The position numbers were made by a program, and so were the translations under genes. The notes under the pieces were generated by a model, which searched no databases, was not told the DNA's origin, and worked only from the letters and a program-made list of their open reading frames with translations. From Pseudomonadales bacterium (GTDB lineage: Bacteria; Pseudomonadota; Gammaproteobacteria; Pseudomonadales; Azotimanducaceae), in the NCBI GenBank assembly GCA_040905125.1, contig JBBDSF010000111.1, positions 13,058 through 77,057 of the forward strand: a stretch of DNA of 64,000 bases, written 5' to 3'. Below, one piece after another: positions 31,831 to 42,320 of this stretch (position 1 is the stretch's first letter; each line of letters starts with the position of its first letter).

Positions 31831-32154
31831 ATGACCGAAATCAGTCATGTAACAGATGACACCTTTGAAAACGAGGTATTAAATTCAGACACCCCGGTAC
31901 TTGTGGATTATTGGGCCGAATGGTGCGGTCCCTGTAAGGTGATCGCCCCGGTACTTGAAGAGATCGCCGAAGAGTACGACGGCAAGATGAAGATCTGTAA
32001 GCTGGATATTGATTCCAACGAGGAAACCCCGCCAAAATACGGTATTCGCGGTATCCCTACTTTGATGCTGTTTAAAAACGGTAATGTCGAAGCCACCAAG
32101 GTTGGCGCATTGTCGAAGTCACAATTGACCGCGTTTCTTGACAGCAATATCTAA
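31831..32154 (+). CDS. trxA: Thioredoxin 1
   Basis: 108 aa with WAEWCGPCK. Start at the ATG at 31831 after a CTGGAG SD. Confidence 0.95.
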   Translation: MTEISHVTDDTFENEVLNSDTPVLVDYWAEWCGPCKVIAPVLEEIAEEYDGKMKICKLDIDSNEETPPKYGIRGIPTLMLFKNGNVEATKVGALSKSQLTAFLDSNI

Positions 32155-32165
32155 CAATGATGAAA

Positions 32166-32197
32166 GGAGGTGTGGCTGACGGTCAGAGCACACCTCC
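32166..32197 (+). terminator. Stem-loop 12 nt after the trxA stop (9-bp stem GGAGGTGTG/CACACCTCC, no U-tract)
   Basis: Read directly from the sequence. Without a T-run this is at best a weak or partial terminator. Confidence 0.3.
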
Positions 32198-32385
32198 AGA
32201 ACGCCTTACTGCCAACAGCAGCTAATAACGGCCAAAAAAAAGTTGACAAGGGACCAAAAAAATATCATGTTAAACACCGTTCAGGACGAAGCGCAGAGAT
32301 TATGATAGCGTGAGGTTGTAGCTAGAGACTGCAGCCAGAGATTGTAACTCGCGGTTTCAGGTACAGATCGTAAAGAAGAGCCCGC

Positions 32386-32445
32386 GTCATATCCGTCCTC
32401 TTTCCAATTTTTACATTCCGATTATTTTAATTGGTTTTATAAACC
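32386..32445 (+). promoter_or_regulatory. C-rich, G-poor rut-like tract in the rho leader
   Basis: tcatatccgtcctctttccaatttttacattccgatt... has very few G. rho is known to be autoregulated by attenuation in its leader. Confidence 0.3.
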
Positions 32446-32492
32446 TGACGTTGAGCACGTCAATTCCTTTCAAATGAGCATACATTAAATCC

Positions 32493-33752
32493 ATGAATCT
32501 AACTGATCTCAAGACCAAACCAATACCCGAACTACTCGAAATTGCCCACGAAATGGGCATGGACAACCTGGGGCGATCGCGAAAACAGGAAATTATCGCC
32601 AATGTTCTAAGGAAGCACGCCAAAAGCGGCGAAGCAATTTACGGGGACGGGACCCTCGAAATATTGCAGGATGGATTCGGCTTTCTGCGCTCCGCGGATA
32701 GCTCCTACCTTGCCGGTCCGGACGATATTTACGTGTCTCCCAGTCAGATACGTCGATTTAATCTCCGGACAGGAGACAGCGTTTCCGGCAAAATCAGACC
32801 GCCAAAGGACAATGAGCGATATTTCGCGCTCCTCAAAGTCGACAAGATAAACTTTACCGAGCCCGCCGAATCCAAGAACAAAATTCTGTTCGAAAACCTG
32901 ACCCCGCTTTTCCCTGATGAGCCGCTTCGCCTGGAAGCAGGTAACGGCAGCACCGAGGATCTGACAGCCAGGATAATCGACCTCGTTTCGCCAATCGGCA
33001 AGGGTCAACGGGGGCTGATCGTATCACCACCGAAGGCGGGCAAGACCCTCATATTGCAGAATATCGCGCAGTCCATTACCCGCAATAACCCCGAGTGTCA
33101 CCTGATCGTTCTGTTGATCGACGAACGTCCGGAAGAGGTTACGGAGATGGCGCGCTCGGTACGTGGTGAGGTCGTCGCCAGTACTTTCGATGAACCGCCC
33201 TCACGGCACGTTCAGGTTAGTGAGATGGTGATCGAAAAAGCGAAACGACTCGTGGAACACAAAAGTAATGTCGTGATCCTGCTCGACTCTATTACGAGAC
33301 TGGCACGTGCGTACAATACGGTCATTCCAGCCTCAGGCAAGGTGTTGACGGGCGGAGTAGACGCCCACGCACTTGAACGTCCCAAACGTTTCTTCGGCGC
33401 TGCCCGGAATATTGAAGAAGGAGGCAGCCTCACCATTATTGCCACCTGTCTGATCGACACCGGTTCAAAGATGGATGAGGTGATTTACGAAGAGTTCAAG
33501 GGCACAGGTAATATGGAACTTCATCTCGAACGCAAAATTGCAGAAAAGCGCGTTTACCCGGCAATTAATATCAGACGGTCGGGTACCAGACGTGAAGACT
33601 TGCTGATGACCGACGAGGAGCTCCAAAAGGCCTGGATACTGAGGAAGATATTGCATGAAATGGACGACGTGGCCGCTATAGAATTCCTGTTGGAAAAAAT
33701 GAAGAAAACCCAGACCAATGAGGAATTCTTTCAATCAATGAAGCGTACGTAA
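32493..33752 (+). CDS. rho: Transcription termination factor Rho
   Basis: 419 aa with an N-terminal RNA-binding domain (GFGFLR) and Walker [16 protein letters not shown]. Confidence 0.97.
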   Translation: MNLTDLKTKPIPELLEIAHEMGMDNLGRSRKQEIIANVLRKHAKSGEAIYGDGTLEILQDGFGFLRSADSSYLAGPDDIYVSPSQIRRFNLRTGDSVSGKIRPPKDNERYFALLKVDKINFTEPAESKNKILFENLTPLFPDEPLRLEAGNGSTEDLTARIIDLVSPIGKGQRGLIVSPPKAGKTLILQNIAQSITRNNPECHLIVLLIDERPEEVTEMARSVRGEVVASTFDEPPSRHVQVSEMVIEKAKRLVEHKSNVVILLDSITRLARAYNTVIPASGKVLTGGVDAHALERPKRFFGAARNIEEGGSLTIIATCLIDTGSKMDEVIYEEFKGTGNMELHLERKIAEKRVYPAINIRRSGTRREDLLMTDEELQKAWILRKILHEMDDVAAIEFLLEKMKKTQTNEEFFQSMKRT

Positions 33753-33772
33753 GCGGCTGATTCGGAGTTACT

Positions 33773-34492
33773 TTGATTCGAACAACATGTCCTGTTCATT
33801 CCATCAGTTACTATAACGACGATACGCGACAGGTTTTACTAAAGGTACCAGAAGGTGAACTTGTCGATTTCAAGGCCGGACAATATCTCGAGATCATTCT
33901 TCCCAGCGGCAAGAAGTGTCCTTTTTCTATCGCCAACGCGCCGGCACTCAAGGACAAGATAGAGCTTCACGTCAGGCCAACACCGAATTCACCTGATTCG
34001 GTAGAAATCGAGGCGTTACTGGACAGCGGTTCACCTGTCGAGCTGGAGATTCCAAAGGGTAATTGTTTCATCGATACGCCACCGGATAACCCGCTTCTGC
34101 TGTTAGCCGCGAGCACCGGCATTACACAGATGAAGAGTATTGTCGAACACTTGATACCCCAGGGACTTAAACAGCCTGTGTATCTTTACTGGGGCGTCCT
34201 GACACCATCCGATTTGTACCTGAGCAGCCTTTGTGAGCACTGGATGGAGAGCGAGCCAAACTTTCATTACATACCTGTTGTCAGCGAACCTGACAACTTC
34301 CCTGAGTGGCAAGGAAGAACCGGGTTGGTCGGAGAAGCTGCACTTGAGGATTTTGACGACTTGAGCGACCTGACTGTCTTCGTCGGTGGCGGACCTGCAA
34401 TGGTGTATGCAACCTTCGACGCGTTTGTCGCGAGAGGCATGCCGGAAGCTAATATGTTCTCGGACATTTTTTCCTACGCCCCACGAACATGA
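33773..34492 (+). CDS. fre: NAD(P)H-flavin reductase (Fre/FNR-like)
   Basis: TTG start. KAGQYLEI, CPFSIA (RxFS-type flavin motif), LLLAASTGITQMKS and YWG. Collinear with my recollection of E. coli Fre. Confidence 0.75.
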   Translation: MIRTTCPVHSISYYNDDTRQVLLKVPEGELVDFKAGQYLEIILPSGKKCPFSIANAPALKDKIELHVRPTPNSPDSVEIEALLDSGSPVELEIPKGNCFIDTPPDNPLLLLAASTGITQMKSIVEHLIPQGLKQPVYLYWGVLTPSDLYLSSLCEHWMESEPNFHYIPVVSEPDNFPEWQGRTGLVGEAALEDFDDLSDLTVFVGGGPAMVYATFDAFVARGMPEANMFSDIFSYAPRT

Positions 34493-34499
34493 ACGCAGT

Positions 34500-34534
34500 G
34501 GCTAGTCGCTAGCTGCTAGTTGCTAGTTGCTGTT
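34500..34534. repeat. Five tandem heptamers (GGCTAGT CGCTAGC TGCTAGT TGCTAGT TGCTGTT)
   Basis: Read directly from the sequence. The array lies between convergent fre and hemY and supplies the last codons and the TAG stop of hemY (TATSN*). Confidence 0.85.
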
Positions 34535-35673
34535 AATTTCAGGGCCTGCCGAAAATAGTCGTTACTCTTGACGTAATCACCCTCGAAAGACAGCATCTCG
34601 GCAAGACGCGCGCTGGCTTCGGGGGTTGGATTAATGTTCAGGCTCTTTTGATAATATTCCTTCGCTTCAACGGGGTCTCCATTCAGACGATACAATTCTC
34701 CCAAACACAGCTGTAAGGCGTAATCGTCTGTATGCTGCTTCAACCAGGCCTTCGCGGTCTTGATTCTCTTGGCGAGAGTACCCGTACCCAACTCGCCGTA
34801 CGCGATGACCAACCGAGGGGACCAGTTGGATTTGAGTGCGCCTCGCAGGATTTTTTCTGCCTGTTCTTCATCTGCGGAGTGTCGGCAAACAGCCAATACA
34901 ATGTCCGGGTCCTGTCTCACGTTTTTCTGCAACTTTTTATAGACAATCTGCTTCGCTTCGTCGGTGACATCCTCAGACAGGCGCGCCAGTGCAACTCGCT
35001 TCTCGAAATCAAAAGCCTCGGCGGAGTCCTTTGTTACTTTTCTGAGTGCCGGTAGCAGTTCTATCATTCCCTGCCAATCGCGAAGCTCGAACAGTGCATC
35101 CTTTTTCAGATTCACAACCCTTTCGCTGTTGCGGCAGTCCCGCAAACTCTCAAGACACGCCTGCCACTGACCTCCATTTAACAACATGTCGGCTCGCGCT
35201 ATAGCGACGCTCTGCTTAACGGTTGGATCAACCTCTATAGCCTGGTCCAGCAAGCGATCACGCTTGTCCTGGTTTCCCTGAGCATCTGCCGCTCTGGCGG
35301 CAAAAATATAATTAATCACGCTTCCGCCTCCGGCATCAGTCCCTTGCATTAGAAGCTGTTCTGCGCGCTCATATTCCCCCGCCTGAAAACAGATTATACC
35401 CTTCTCGGTCAACTCCTCCGCTCGTGTCCGCTGTCGATCCTTTCGCCAACCTTGCCAGGCCCCGCGAGTTCCTTGCAGTACACCGAGGAAACGCGCGGCA
35501 TAATAGGCCACCGCCATTACCACCAACAAAATAGCCAGCATGACCCACACGCCGGTTTCCAGCGTTGTTCCGTCATAGGAAATCAGAACATAACCGGGAT
35601 CCCTGGATATCAGGGTTCCAATCCAGCCGGCTATGATGAGAACTACAAGAATGTAAATTAACGAACGTTTCAT
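34516..35673 (-). CDS. hemY: HemY-type TPR membrane protein of the hemCDXY cluster
   Basis: Two N-terminal TM helices followed by TPR repeats. Its position after hemX matches the Pseudomonas/E. coli cluster. Confidence 0.8.
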   Translation of the reverse strand: MKRSLIYILVVLIIAGWIGTLISRDPGYVLISYDGTTLETGVWVMLAILLVVMAVAYYAARFLGVLQGTRGAWQGWRKDRQRTRAEELTEKGIICFQAGEYERAEQLLMQGTDAGGGSVINYIFAARAADAQGNQDKRDRLLDQAIEVDPTVKQSVAIARADMLLNGGQWQACLESLRDCRNSERVVNLKKDALFELRDWQGMIELLPALRKVTKDSAEAFDFEKRVALARLSEDVTDEAKQIVYKKLQKNVRQDPDIVLAVCRHSADEEQAEKILRGALKSNWSPRLVIAYGELGTGTLAKRIKTAKAWLKQHTDDYALQLCLGELYRLNGDPVEAKEYYQKSLNINPTPEASARLAEMLSFEGDYVKSNDYFRQALKLTATSN

Positions 35674-36842
35674 GACCCGGCGTTATCTTCCACCTGATGA
35701 AAACTCGATAATAAACGTCGTGCCTCCCGCAGAGAACTCGACACATCCGGCATCTCCTGCTCGATGTTGACGTCCATTATCTCGTCGAGATCATTCAGCA
35801 CTGCTCGGGTCACAGAGTCATTTTCGGAAAAGTTGTCGGTAACCCATTGCTTTGCTTCAGTCAGGCTATTGCGAAAAATGTCGTTATCTTCTCTGAGCAA
35901 CGCAAGCTGCGCCAGTTGTATCTTTAACATCAGATTCTGACGCAGGTAGTACTCCTCTTCAGGAGGCAAAACGGGTTTTATTTTCTCCCCCTCAGACCTG
36001 AACTGAATCATACCAGCCAACCTCGCCCCCGCCTTTTCGAGCATGGCCACAATCTGTGTCCACACCCCTTCCTGGTCTGGTGCCTGCGTTCCCTGTTCAG
36101 GCGTGCCCGGTTTGTTTCCGGCGTCATCGATTTTGCTCGAGTAACCCAATTCCTTTTGTTTTAAATCCCCAACAAGCCCTTTAAGGGCTGCTAGCTTGAC
36201 AAATATGCCATCCACATCGACTTTTCGAACAGATTCAAGTTTCGCGATGTCAGAGGCAATCGCCTTTCGCAAGGCAAACGCTGTGATGCCTTCCGTGTCC
36301 TTGACGATTTTATCCGCTGCCTCGAACAGCGGTATTGCACCCTTCGGGTCTTGTTGCAGCAATACGCGATGATTGCCGAGACGCAGCAGATATTCCACTT
36401 CAGCCATCAACCAATCTTCCGACGATGGCCCCATGGAGTGCCTTATCTCGTTGATTGCCTGATCAACCCGCCTTTCGATGCCGTCTATCTCGCGGGATCT
36501 CGTTCTACGCAGGCGATCCAACTGACCTTCAACTGCATTCAATCTCGTTGTACGCGCTTTGGAGCGCTCTGCCACAGCCTCCACCTGGCCACGGACCTCC
36601 GGAATTTCACCTGCAACATCAGGCAATTCACGCACCATCCAAACCGCATAGCTCCCGATACCGATAGCAATCAAGGCAAGGAAAATACCCAGAAATGTCC
36701 CTACTATAGGTGGCTTTGAAGTTTCGATAGTTACGCTCCGACCGTTGGTCTTTTTTTCAAGACGCTGGAAAGTCTCATTAAGCTGAACATTTGGCCCGTT
36801 GGCCCTCGATTGTGCCTTATCATCACTCATTCTAACATTCAC
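35670..36842 (-). CDS. hemX: HemX (uroporphyrinogen-III C-methyltransferase-like membrane protein)
   Basis: A single TM helix (IVGTFLGIFLALIAIGIGSYAVWMV) followed by coiled-coil. It sits between hemD and hemY and overlaps hemY by 4 nt. Confidence 0.75.
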   Translation of the reverse strand: MNVRMSDDKAQSRANGPNVQLNETFQRLEKKTNGRSVTIETSKPPIVGTFLGIFLALIAIGIGSYAVWMVRELPDVAGEIPEVRGQVEAVAERSKARTTRLNAVEGQLDRLRRTRSREIDGIERRVDQAINEIRHSMGPSSEDWLMAEVEYLLRLGNHRVLLQQDPKGAIPLFEAADKIVKDTEGITAFALRKAIASDIAKLESVRKVDVDGIFVKLAALKGLVGDLKQKELGYSSKIDDAGNKPGTPEQGTQAPDQEGVWTQIVAMLEKAGARLAGMIQFRSEGEKIKPVLPPEEEYYLRQNLMLKIQLAQLALLREDNDIFRNSLTEAKQWVTDNFSENDSVTRAVLNDLDEIMDVNIEQEMPDVSSSLREARRLLSSFHQVEDNAGS

Positions 36843-36878
36843 TCATGTACGAAGCCCGTGAGACAGACTGGCTCGACG

Positions 36879-37631
36879 TCAGTCTATTGCAGAGATAGCT
36901 TGCATCAGGGCTTCATCCGCCACATCCTCGACAACTCTGACTTTAGCAAAACCCAGCTCAATTGCCAGACTTCGAACGCGTTTTGAGGGAACCAGAATTT
37001 TCGCCGGGAAATCCGCGCTGCTCACCAGTCGCGCCAGCTGAACGAGCGCTTCGCCGCTCGTCACAACCGCAACGTCAAAGTTTCTTTGTCCGAATTCGCG
37101 GGCAGACTCGGGGCCGTAATCCACAGGCTTTCGTTCATAGGCTTCCAGATAATGCACATCCGCACCTCGAGCCCGCAATGTGTCGGCCAGCTTCTCGCGG
37201 CCACCGACTCCACGAACGATCAACATACGTCGACCCGCCACAGATTGACCTTCAGGCATTTCCAGCAAAGCATCCGATGCACCTCGTTCCGGGAAAACAG
37301 GTTCTACATCGGCCTGCGCTCGCAATCGCGCGGCCGTTGCCGGACCGACTGCAAACCAACGCAACGCGGCAGGCCATTGCGGCCAATATTTTCTCAACCA
37401 GTCGAGACCAAATTCCACTGCATTACCGCTGACAAAAATAATGTCGTCAACAAGATCCAGATCCATGGCCATTTGTTTGTCGCCCTGCGACATAGACTTT
37501 TCCTGGATCTTGAGCAAGGGCCGTTCAACAACATCGACATTGGCCGCCTCAAGTTTTCTGGCAAGGTTATCGTTATACCCGTCCGGTCTTGTAAGGAGTA
37601 CCGAGCGGCGTTTAAGGTCGGCCGGGCACAT
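36879..37631 (-). CDS. hemD: Uroporphyrinogen-III synthase
   Basis: 250-aa ORF. Its ATG overlaps the hemC stop by 1 nt (ATGA-type junction). HemD-like repeats: VLLTRP..., FVSGNAV. Confidence 0.85.
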   Translation of the reverse strand: MCPADLKRRSVLLTRPDGYNDNLARKLEAANVDVVERPLLKIQEKSMSQGDKQMAMDLDLVDDIIFVSGNAVEFGLDWLRKYWPQWPAALRWFAVGPATAARLRAQADVEPVFPERGASDALLEMPEGQSVAGRRMLIVRGVGGREKLADTLRARGADVHYLEAYERKPVDYGPESAREFGQRNFDVAVVTSGEALVQLARLVSSADFPAKILVPSKRVRSLAIELGFAKVRVVEDVADEALMQAISAID

Positions 37632-38563
37632 CAGGAAGAATGCGCGCCTGCCGCGTCAATCAGCTCGCGGGCACCGTCGGCCATAAGTCTGTCCGACAAG
37701 CGGCCGGCAAGATCCATCCCTTCGCGCACAGATCCCTCGATGGAATCACGCAGAAATTGATCGCCCTCGAGGTCGCTAACAAATGCAGACAGGCGCATTT
37801 TTCCACCATTGATTTCCGCAAAAACACCGATCGGTAAATTGCACGTCGCACCCAACGCCGAAGAAACCCTGCGTTCGCAAAAGACGCTATGACGTGTTGG
37901 CTCATGATCGATCGTCTCAAGCACTGCTTTCATGGAATCATCGTCGCATCGACACTCTATACCCACGGCCCCCTGACCCGCCGATGGAATCGACACGGTC
38001 GAATCGATGCTATGAGTAATACGATCATCCCTGCGTAAACGTTTCAGGCCTGCCACCGCGAGGATAATGGCATCGTATTCACCCTCATCGAGTTTACGCA
38101 GACGAGTATTCACGTTTCCTCGCAAATCCAGATAGGTAAACTCGGGGTAGTGGTGCTTTACCTGCAGACGCCGACGCAGGCTTGAAGAACCAAGACGCGA
38201 TTGCGACGGCATATCGTCAAGCGACTTGTAAAGCTTGGAAACAAACGCGTCTCTTGGATCGTCCCGTTCGCAAATCGCCGCTATTTCCAGGCCGTCCGGA
38301 AGCAGAGCGGGAACATCTTTCATGGAGTGAACCGCTATGTCCGCCCGGTCTTGCACAAGCGCAAGCTCAAGTTCCTTGACAAAAAGGCCCTTACCGCCAA
38401 TCCCGGCCAGAGACGCATGCTGGTTACGATCACCTTCCGTGGTCATGCCGATAATTTCTATGCTTGCCTCAGGATAAGCTTCGTGCAACCTGCCTTTAAC
38501 GTAATTGGCCTGCCACATGGCCAGCTCGCTTTGTCTCGTGGCTATGCGAATGTCCACGCTCAT
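37631..38563 (-). CDS. hemC: Hydroxymethylbilane synthase (porphobilinogen deaminase)
   Basis: IATRQSELAMWQANYV, DIAVHSMKDVP, GSSSLRR and the cofactor Cys region are present. Confidence 0.95.
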   Translation of the reverse strand: MSVDIRIATRQSELAMWQANYVKGRLHEAYPEASIEIIGMTTEGDRNQHASLAGIGGKGLFVKELELALVQDRADIAVHSMKDVPALLPDGLEIAAICERDDPRDAFVSKLYKSLDDMPSQSRLGSSSLRRRLQVKHHYPEFTYLDLRGNVNTRLRKLDEGEYDAIILAVAGLKRLRRDDRITHSIDSTVSIPSAGQGAVGIECRCDDDSMKAVLETIDHEPTRHSVFCERRVSSALGATCNLPIGVFAEINGGKMRLSAFVSDLEGDQFLRDSIEGSVREGMDLAGRLSDRLMADGARELIDAAGAHSS

Positions 38564-38682
38564 AGGGCTTTACTCTACACCGACGAAACCACAACACTAA
38601 TGCGTGTCTCGTGCAGAGTAAACATCGCTATACAGACCTGCCCGTCGACGCGACTCCAGGCGGCCGGTTTACGGGTTAAAGG

Positions 38683-39423
38683 TTATAGAGTCTGCACCAG
38701 CTTGCGGAGTCCGGAAACGTGGCGACGGCTGACATCGAGGCGGTCCTGAATGTCTTTCAGCTTCACCTGAAATTGGCCGCGAGAATCCCGCTCCAACCCC
38801 TCTAGAGAATCCACCATGACCAGGGCATTTCGGTGAATGCGAACAACCTTGTCACTGAACTCCTGTTCAAGATCTCTCAAGGTATCGTCTATAAGCACCT
38901 CGCCATTCTCATGACGTACCGTGACATATTTGTGGTCAGCCTGGAAAAAACGCACTTCATTGAGCGGAATCAGCTCGATACCACGCCGTGTCTTCGCGCT
39001 GATATGGGTTCGCGATTGATTCTGCGCCCGATGATCTTCACCGGTAATACACTGGCGCTGAATCTTGTTGACACGGCCAATTTTCGACAGCGCATCGACC
39101 AACGCGTCCCGCCGTACAGGCTTCATCAGATATCCCGCTGCATTGACATCGAACGCCTCAATTGCATGTTCGCCATACGCCGTACAAAAAATCACAGCCG
39201 GAGGCGATGGCAGGCGTGCCATCTTGTCGGCCGCTGATAAGCCATCGGTTCCCGGCATCCGGATATCCAGTAAAACGATATCCGGTTCGAGTTCTGATGC
39301 CTTGCGAACGGCATCCTCGCCGCTGGATGACTCGTCGACAGCTTCGTAATTCTCCAGGGTATCCACCATTCGCGCGAGACGCTCCCGTGCCAGCTTTTCA
39401 TCGTCTACGATTAGCACCTTCAT
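38683..39423 (-). CDS. algR: LytTR-family response regulator AlgR
   Basis: REC domain (MKVLIVDDE..., LLDIRMPG) plus a C-terminal LytTR DNA-binding domain. The position between algZ and hemC matches Pseudomonas. Confidence 0.8.
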   Translation of the reverse strand: MKVLIVDDEKLARERLARMVDTLENYEAVDESSSGEDAVRKASELEPDIVLLDIRMPGTDGLSAADKMARLPSPPAVIFCTAYGEHAIEAFDVNAAGYLMKPVRRDALVDALSKIGRVNKIQRQCITGEDHRAQNQSRTHISAKTRRGIELIPLNEVRFFQADHKYVTVRHENGEVLIDDTLRDLEQEFSDKVVRIHRNALVMVDSLEGLERDSRGQFQVKLKDIQDRLDVSRRHVSGLRKLVQTL

Positions 39424-39573
39424 GTCGAAATCCTCGCTTTATTTGCAGTCGCCCAAATTTGGAGCGATAGCCACTCCATGTGACCCAAGTTACTCCCTAT
39501 TTTCTACAAAACTGCGATGTAACGCACAAAATGGACCGTTCATCGGCAGTGAGCTCCCGAAATGTGAACTACG

Positions 39574-40635
39574 TCACACTTTGGACGGTTTCGGTGGAAA
39601 CCTGAGTATGGTTTCGAAGCTCGTTCCCTTATGTTCGGTCGCCACCTGTGCATCCTTCCCATAAATGGCCTCTAGCCGGCTTGTAATATTGTCGAGCGCC
39701 ATACGATTACCCCGGTCGTGGGCGTGATCGCCCGGCGCGATAGGATTTGTGATTCGAACCACCACCATGCCGTCCGAGCAATCGATGGCGACCCTGACCT
39801 CACCGCCATCCGGCAACGGCTGGATACCATGATAAATAGCGTTTTCCAGCAAGGGTTGCAGGGTCAACATGGGAATTCGAACGGTAGCCGGATCCACATG
39901 TACCTGCCAATCCACACTAAGGCGGTCGTCCAGCCGCAACGACTCAATATGGACATATTTCTCGCAGAGCTCTATTTCTTCTTCAAGCAATACCGGCTGG
40001 TCGCTGGAATCATTGAGACTGGCCCGGAACAAGGCGGACAGATCCTCGACCACGGTCTCCGCCTTTTCAGGATCGATGGAAATTAAACTTGCGATGATAT
40101 TCATGCTGTTAAACAGAAAATGGGGCCTTATCCGGGACTGCAACGCCTGTATTCGCGAGTTCAGTTCGGCTTTTTCACGCTGCCGGAGCTGATACTGCAA
40201 ATAAAAATAGCGAAACGCGATACCGGTGAGCACAAAGGCAACCAGAAAATTCCGGACAACCACACCGGTGTGTATCGATTCCCACGAGTGGCCACCCTCC
40301 AGCTCCAGTAGCAGCCATTGGCCCAACAGGGAAAAAACCAACGTCGACAGAAGGATAACCACATAGCCCGTGACCGTGGCATACACAGGTGACTTGCCCA
40401 TCAGCAATGGACGTATATTGCACAAAACCGCTGCCGAAGACAGTGCGACCCACTGAACAAACAGGGAGAACACGCCGAGATCAGTCCAGCTGAAATCAAA
40501 CAGGGCCGAGCGGGTCAACACGAGTACAAATACGAGCAGCTCCGCCACCAGAATCAGGAACAGGATGCTCTGCCCATGACAAAGATCAGGGAGGAAGAAA
40601 TCTTCCCGCTCTTCGATCGTGCCTTTATTCGCCAA
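39574..40635 (-). CDS. algZ: LytS-type sensor histidine kinase AlgZ/FimS
   Basis: Polytopic N-terminus, the His-kinase box IRPHFLFNSMN, and an ATPase domain (LLENAIYHGI). Confidence 0.75.
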   Translation of the reverse strand: MANKGTIEEREDFFLPDLCHGQSILFLILVAELLVFVLVLTRSALFDFSWTDLGVFSLFVQWVALSSAAVLCNIRPLLMGKSPVYATVTGYVVILLSTLVFSLLGQWLLLELEGGHSWESIHTGVVVRNFLVAFVLTGIAFRYFYLQYQLRQREKAELNSRIQALQSRIRPHFLFNSMNIIASLISIDPEKAETVVEDLSALFRASLNDSSDQPVLLEEEIELCEKYVHIESLRLDDRLSVDWQVHVDPATVRIPMLTLQPLLENAIYHGIQPLPDGGEVRVAIDCSDGMVVVRITNPIAPGDHAHDRGNRMALDNITSRLEAIYGKDAQVATEHKGTSFETILRFPPKPSKV

Positions 40636-40688
40636 AGTTGATTCCCCCGGAATTCAGGTATTTTGCCCTCATAGTATACCGGGGATGC

Positions 40689-40697
40689 TGCTATAAT
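40689..40697 (+). promoter_or_regulatory. Candidate extended -10 promoter for argH (TGcTATAAT)
   Basis: TG at 40689-40690 and TATAAT at 40692-40697, 30 nt upstream of the argH ATG. No good -35 element. Confidence 0.4.
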
Positions 40698-40726
40698 CGC
40701 GCTCCATTTATAGTGGGGCGCACACC

Positions 40727-42136
40727 ATGGCAGATGAAAGTGCCGGACATCCCCGGAAACTCTGGGGCGGTCGATTCAGCGAGGCAACCGATGAATTTGT
40801 CGAGTCGTTTACGGCATCCGTTGGTTTCGATTTTCAACTCGCCTTGCATGACATCGAGGGCTCCATCGCCCACGCCACCATGCTGGCATCCGTGGGCGTT
40901 TTGACCGATGGCGAACTCACAGCGATCAAGCACGGCCTCGCGGAGATACGCGATGAAATCGTAACAGGGCGATTTATTTGGTCTGTCGCCCTCGAGGATG
41001 TTCACATGAACATTGAGGCCGCACTCACCGAAAAGATCGGCGAAACAGGTAAGAAGCTGCACACGGGCCGTTCCCGCAATGACCAGGTGGCGACCGATAT
41101 CCGTCTCTACCTGCGAGAAGCAATAGACGGCATCGCCAAACAGATGACTCGCCTGCAACAGGGTTTGCTCAACCTGGCCGAGCAAGAAGCAGACACTGTC
41201 ATGCCCGGTTTCACCCACCTCCAGGTTGCCCAACCAGTGACCTTCGGACATCACCTGATGGCCTGGCAGGATATGATCGATCGGGATTACGACCGGCTCA
41301 TGGATTGCCGCAAGCGGGTCAATGTGCTGCCACTAGGGGCCGCTGCCCTGGCCGGCACCAGTTATCCAATCGACCGTTATTTGACCGCCGACTTGCTGGG
41401 ATTCGACGCTGTATCCAGCAATTCCCTGGATGCCGTCAGTGATCGGGATTTTGCTATCGAGTTCACGGCGGTCGCCAGTATCACGATCATGCACCTGTCA
41501 CGATGGGCCGAAGAACTGGTCCTGTGGACTTCGCCGCAATACGAATTCATCGATTTGCCGGACCGATTCTGTACCGGGTCCTCTATCATGCCGCAAAAGA
41601 AAAACCCGGATGTACCCGAGCTTGTCCGGGGCAAAACCGGGCGAGTCTTTGGCGACCTCACCGCGCTGCTAACCCTGATGAAAGGTCAACCCCTGGCCTA
41701 TAACAAGGACAACCAGGAAGACAAGGAACCCCTTTTCGATGCCGTCAAAACGCTCCACGATTGCCTGACGGCCTTTGCGGACATGGTTCCCGCCATCCAA
41801 CCGCGCAGAGACAATATGCGCAATGCCGTTATGCGAGGGTTCGCCACTGCAACGGATCTCGCGGACTATCTGGTGAGAAAAGGGCTTGCCTTCCGTGACG
41901 CGCACGATGTAGTCGGCAAACTGGTCACAGAGGCGATCGATCGCGATTGCGATCTGGCGGAGCTTGACCTGGCCGTGCTGCAAGCCGGTTCCGAACTGAT
42001 CGAGACGGACGTTTTTGACATCCTGACTCCGGACGGATCTGTCAATGCGCGCAATCACGTCGGCGGCACCGCGCCGGAACAGGTGAGGGCGGCCGTCAAA
42101 AAGGCCCGGGGCCGGCTACAGGACAGGGCCATTTGA
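40727..42136 (+). CDS. argH: Argininosuccinate lyase
   Basis: LWGGRF N-terminus, [10 protein letters not shown], and the [12 protein letters not shown] signature. Confidence 0.95.
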   Translation: MADESAGHPRKLWGGRFSEATDEFVESFTASVGFDFQLALHDIEGSIAHATMLASVGVLTDGELTAIKHGLAEIRDEIVTGRFIWSVALEDVHMNIEAALTEKIGETGKKLHTGRSRNDQVATDIRLYLREAIDGIAKQMTRLQQGLLNLAEQEADTVMPGFTHLQVAQPVTFGHHLMAWQDMIDRDYDRLMDCRKRVNVLPLGAAALAGTSYPIDRYLTADLLGFDAVSSNSLDAVSDRDFAIEFTAVASITIMHLSRWAEELVLWTSPQYEFIDLPDRFCTGSSIMPQKKNPDVPELVRGKTGRVFGDLTALLTLMKGQPLAYNKDNQEDKEPLFDAVKTLHDCLTAFADMVPAIQPRRDNMRNAVMRGFATATDLADYLVRKGLAFRDAHDVVGKLVTEAIDRDCDLAELDLAVLQAGSELIETDVFDILTPDGSVNARNHVGGTAPEQVRAAVKKARGRLQDRAI

Positions 42137-42195
42137 CCGCAGGTGACGCGCAGGTATACTTGTCGCGCGCTGGAGCAGGACACAAGACTCTAATC

Positions 42196-42312
42196 ATGGC
42201 AACGCGACTCATCATCACTATACTACTTGCACTGCATCTGACTGCCTGCGGTCAAAAGGGACCACTTTATCTGCCTGACTCCGATGACGATCAAGCCGAA
42301 GTTCGGCAATAA
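42196..42312 (+). CDS. lptM: Small lipoprotein LptM (YifL/LppL-like)
   Basis: 38-aa ORF found by hand, below the track cutoff: MATRLIIITILLALHLTACGQKGPLYLPDSDDDQAEVRQ. It has a lipobox LTAC followed by the conserved GQKGPLYLP, in the conserved position just upstream of lysA. Confidence 0.65.
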   Translation: MATRLIITILLALHLTACGQKGPLYLPDSDDDQAEVRQ

Positions 42313-42320
42313 AAACTCCC

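Noticed and set aside
32243-32268. Perfect TTGACA preceded by an A-tract in the trxA-rho spacer, considered as the rho promoter.
   Set aside because: The best -10 (TATCAT) is only 14 nt away, and hexamers at 16-18 nt are poor. The hexamer pair is not convincing from sequence alone.
37086-37760. Long ORFs antisense to well-supported genes:
- 224 aa opposite hemD
- 50371-51084, 237 aa, opposite comM
- 11912-12586, 224 aa, opposite ppnN
- 10940-11524, 194 aa, opposite the patatin gene
- 40691-41254, 187 aa, opposite argH
- 27834-28397, 187 aa, opposite yheS
- 2603-3115, 170 aa, opposite the ACAD gene
   Set aside because: Each lies entirely within a gene whose product has clear family motifs. 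Their translations are Arg/His/Gln-rich, low-complexity and motif-free. These are typical shadow ORFs.
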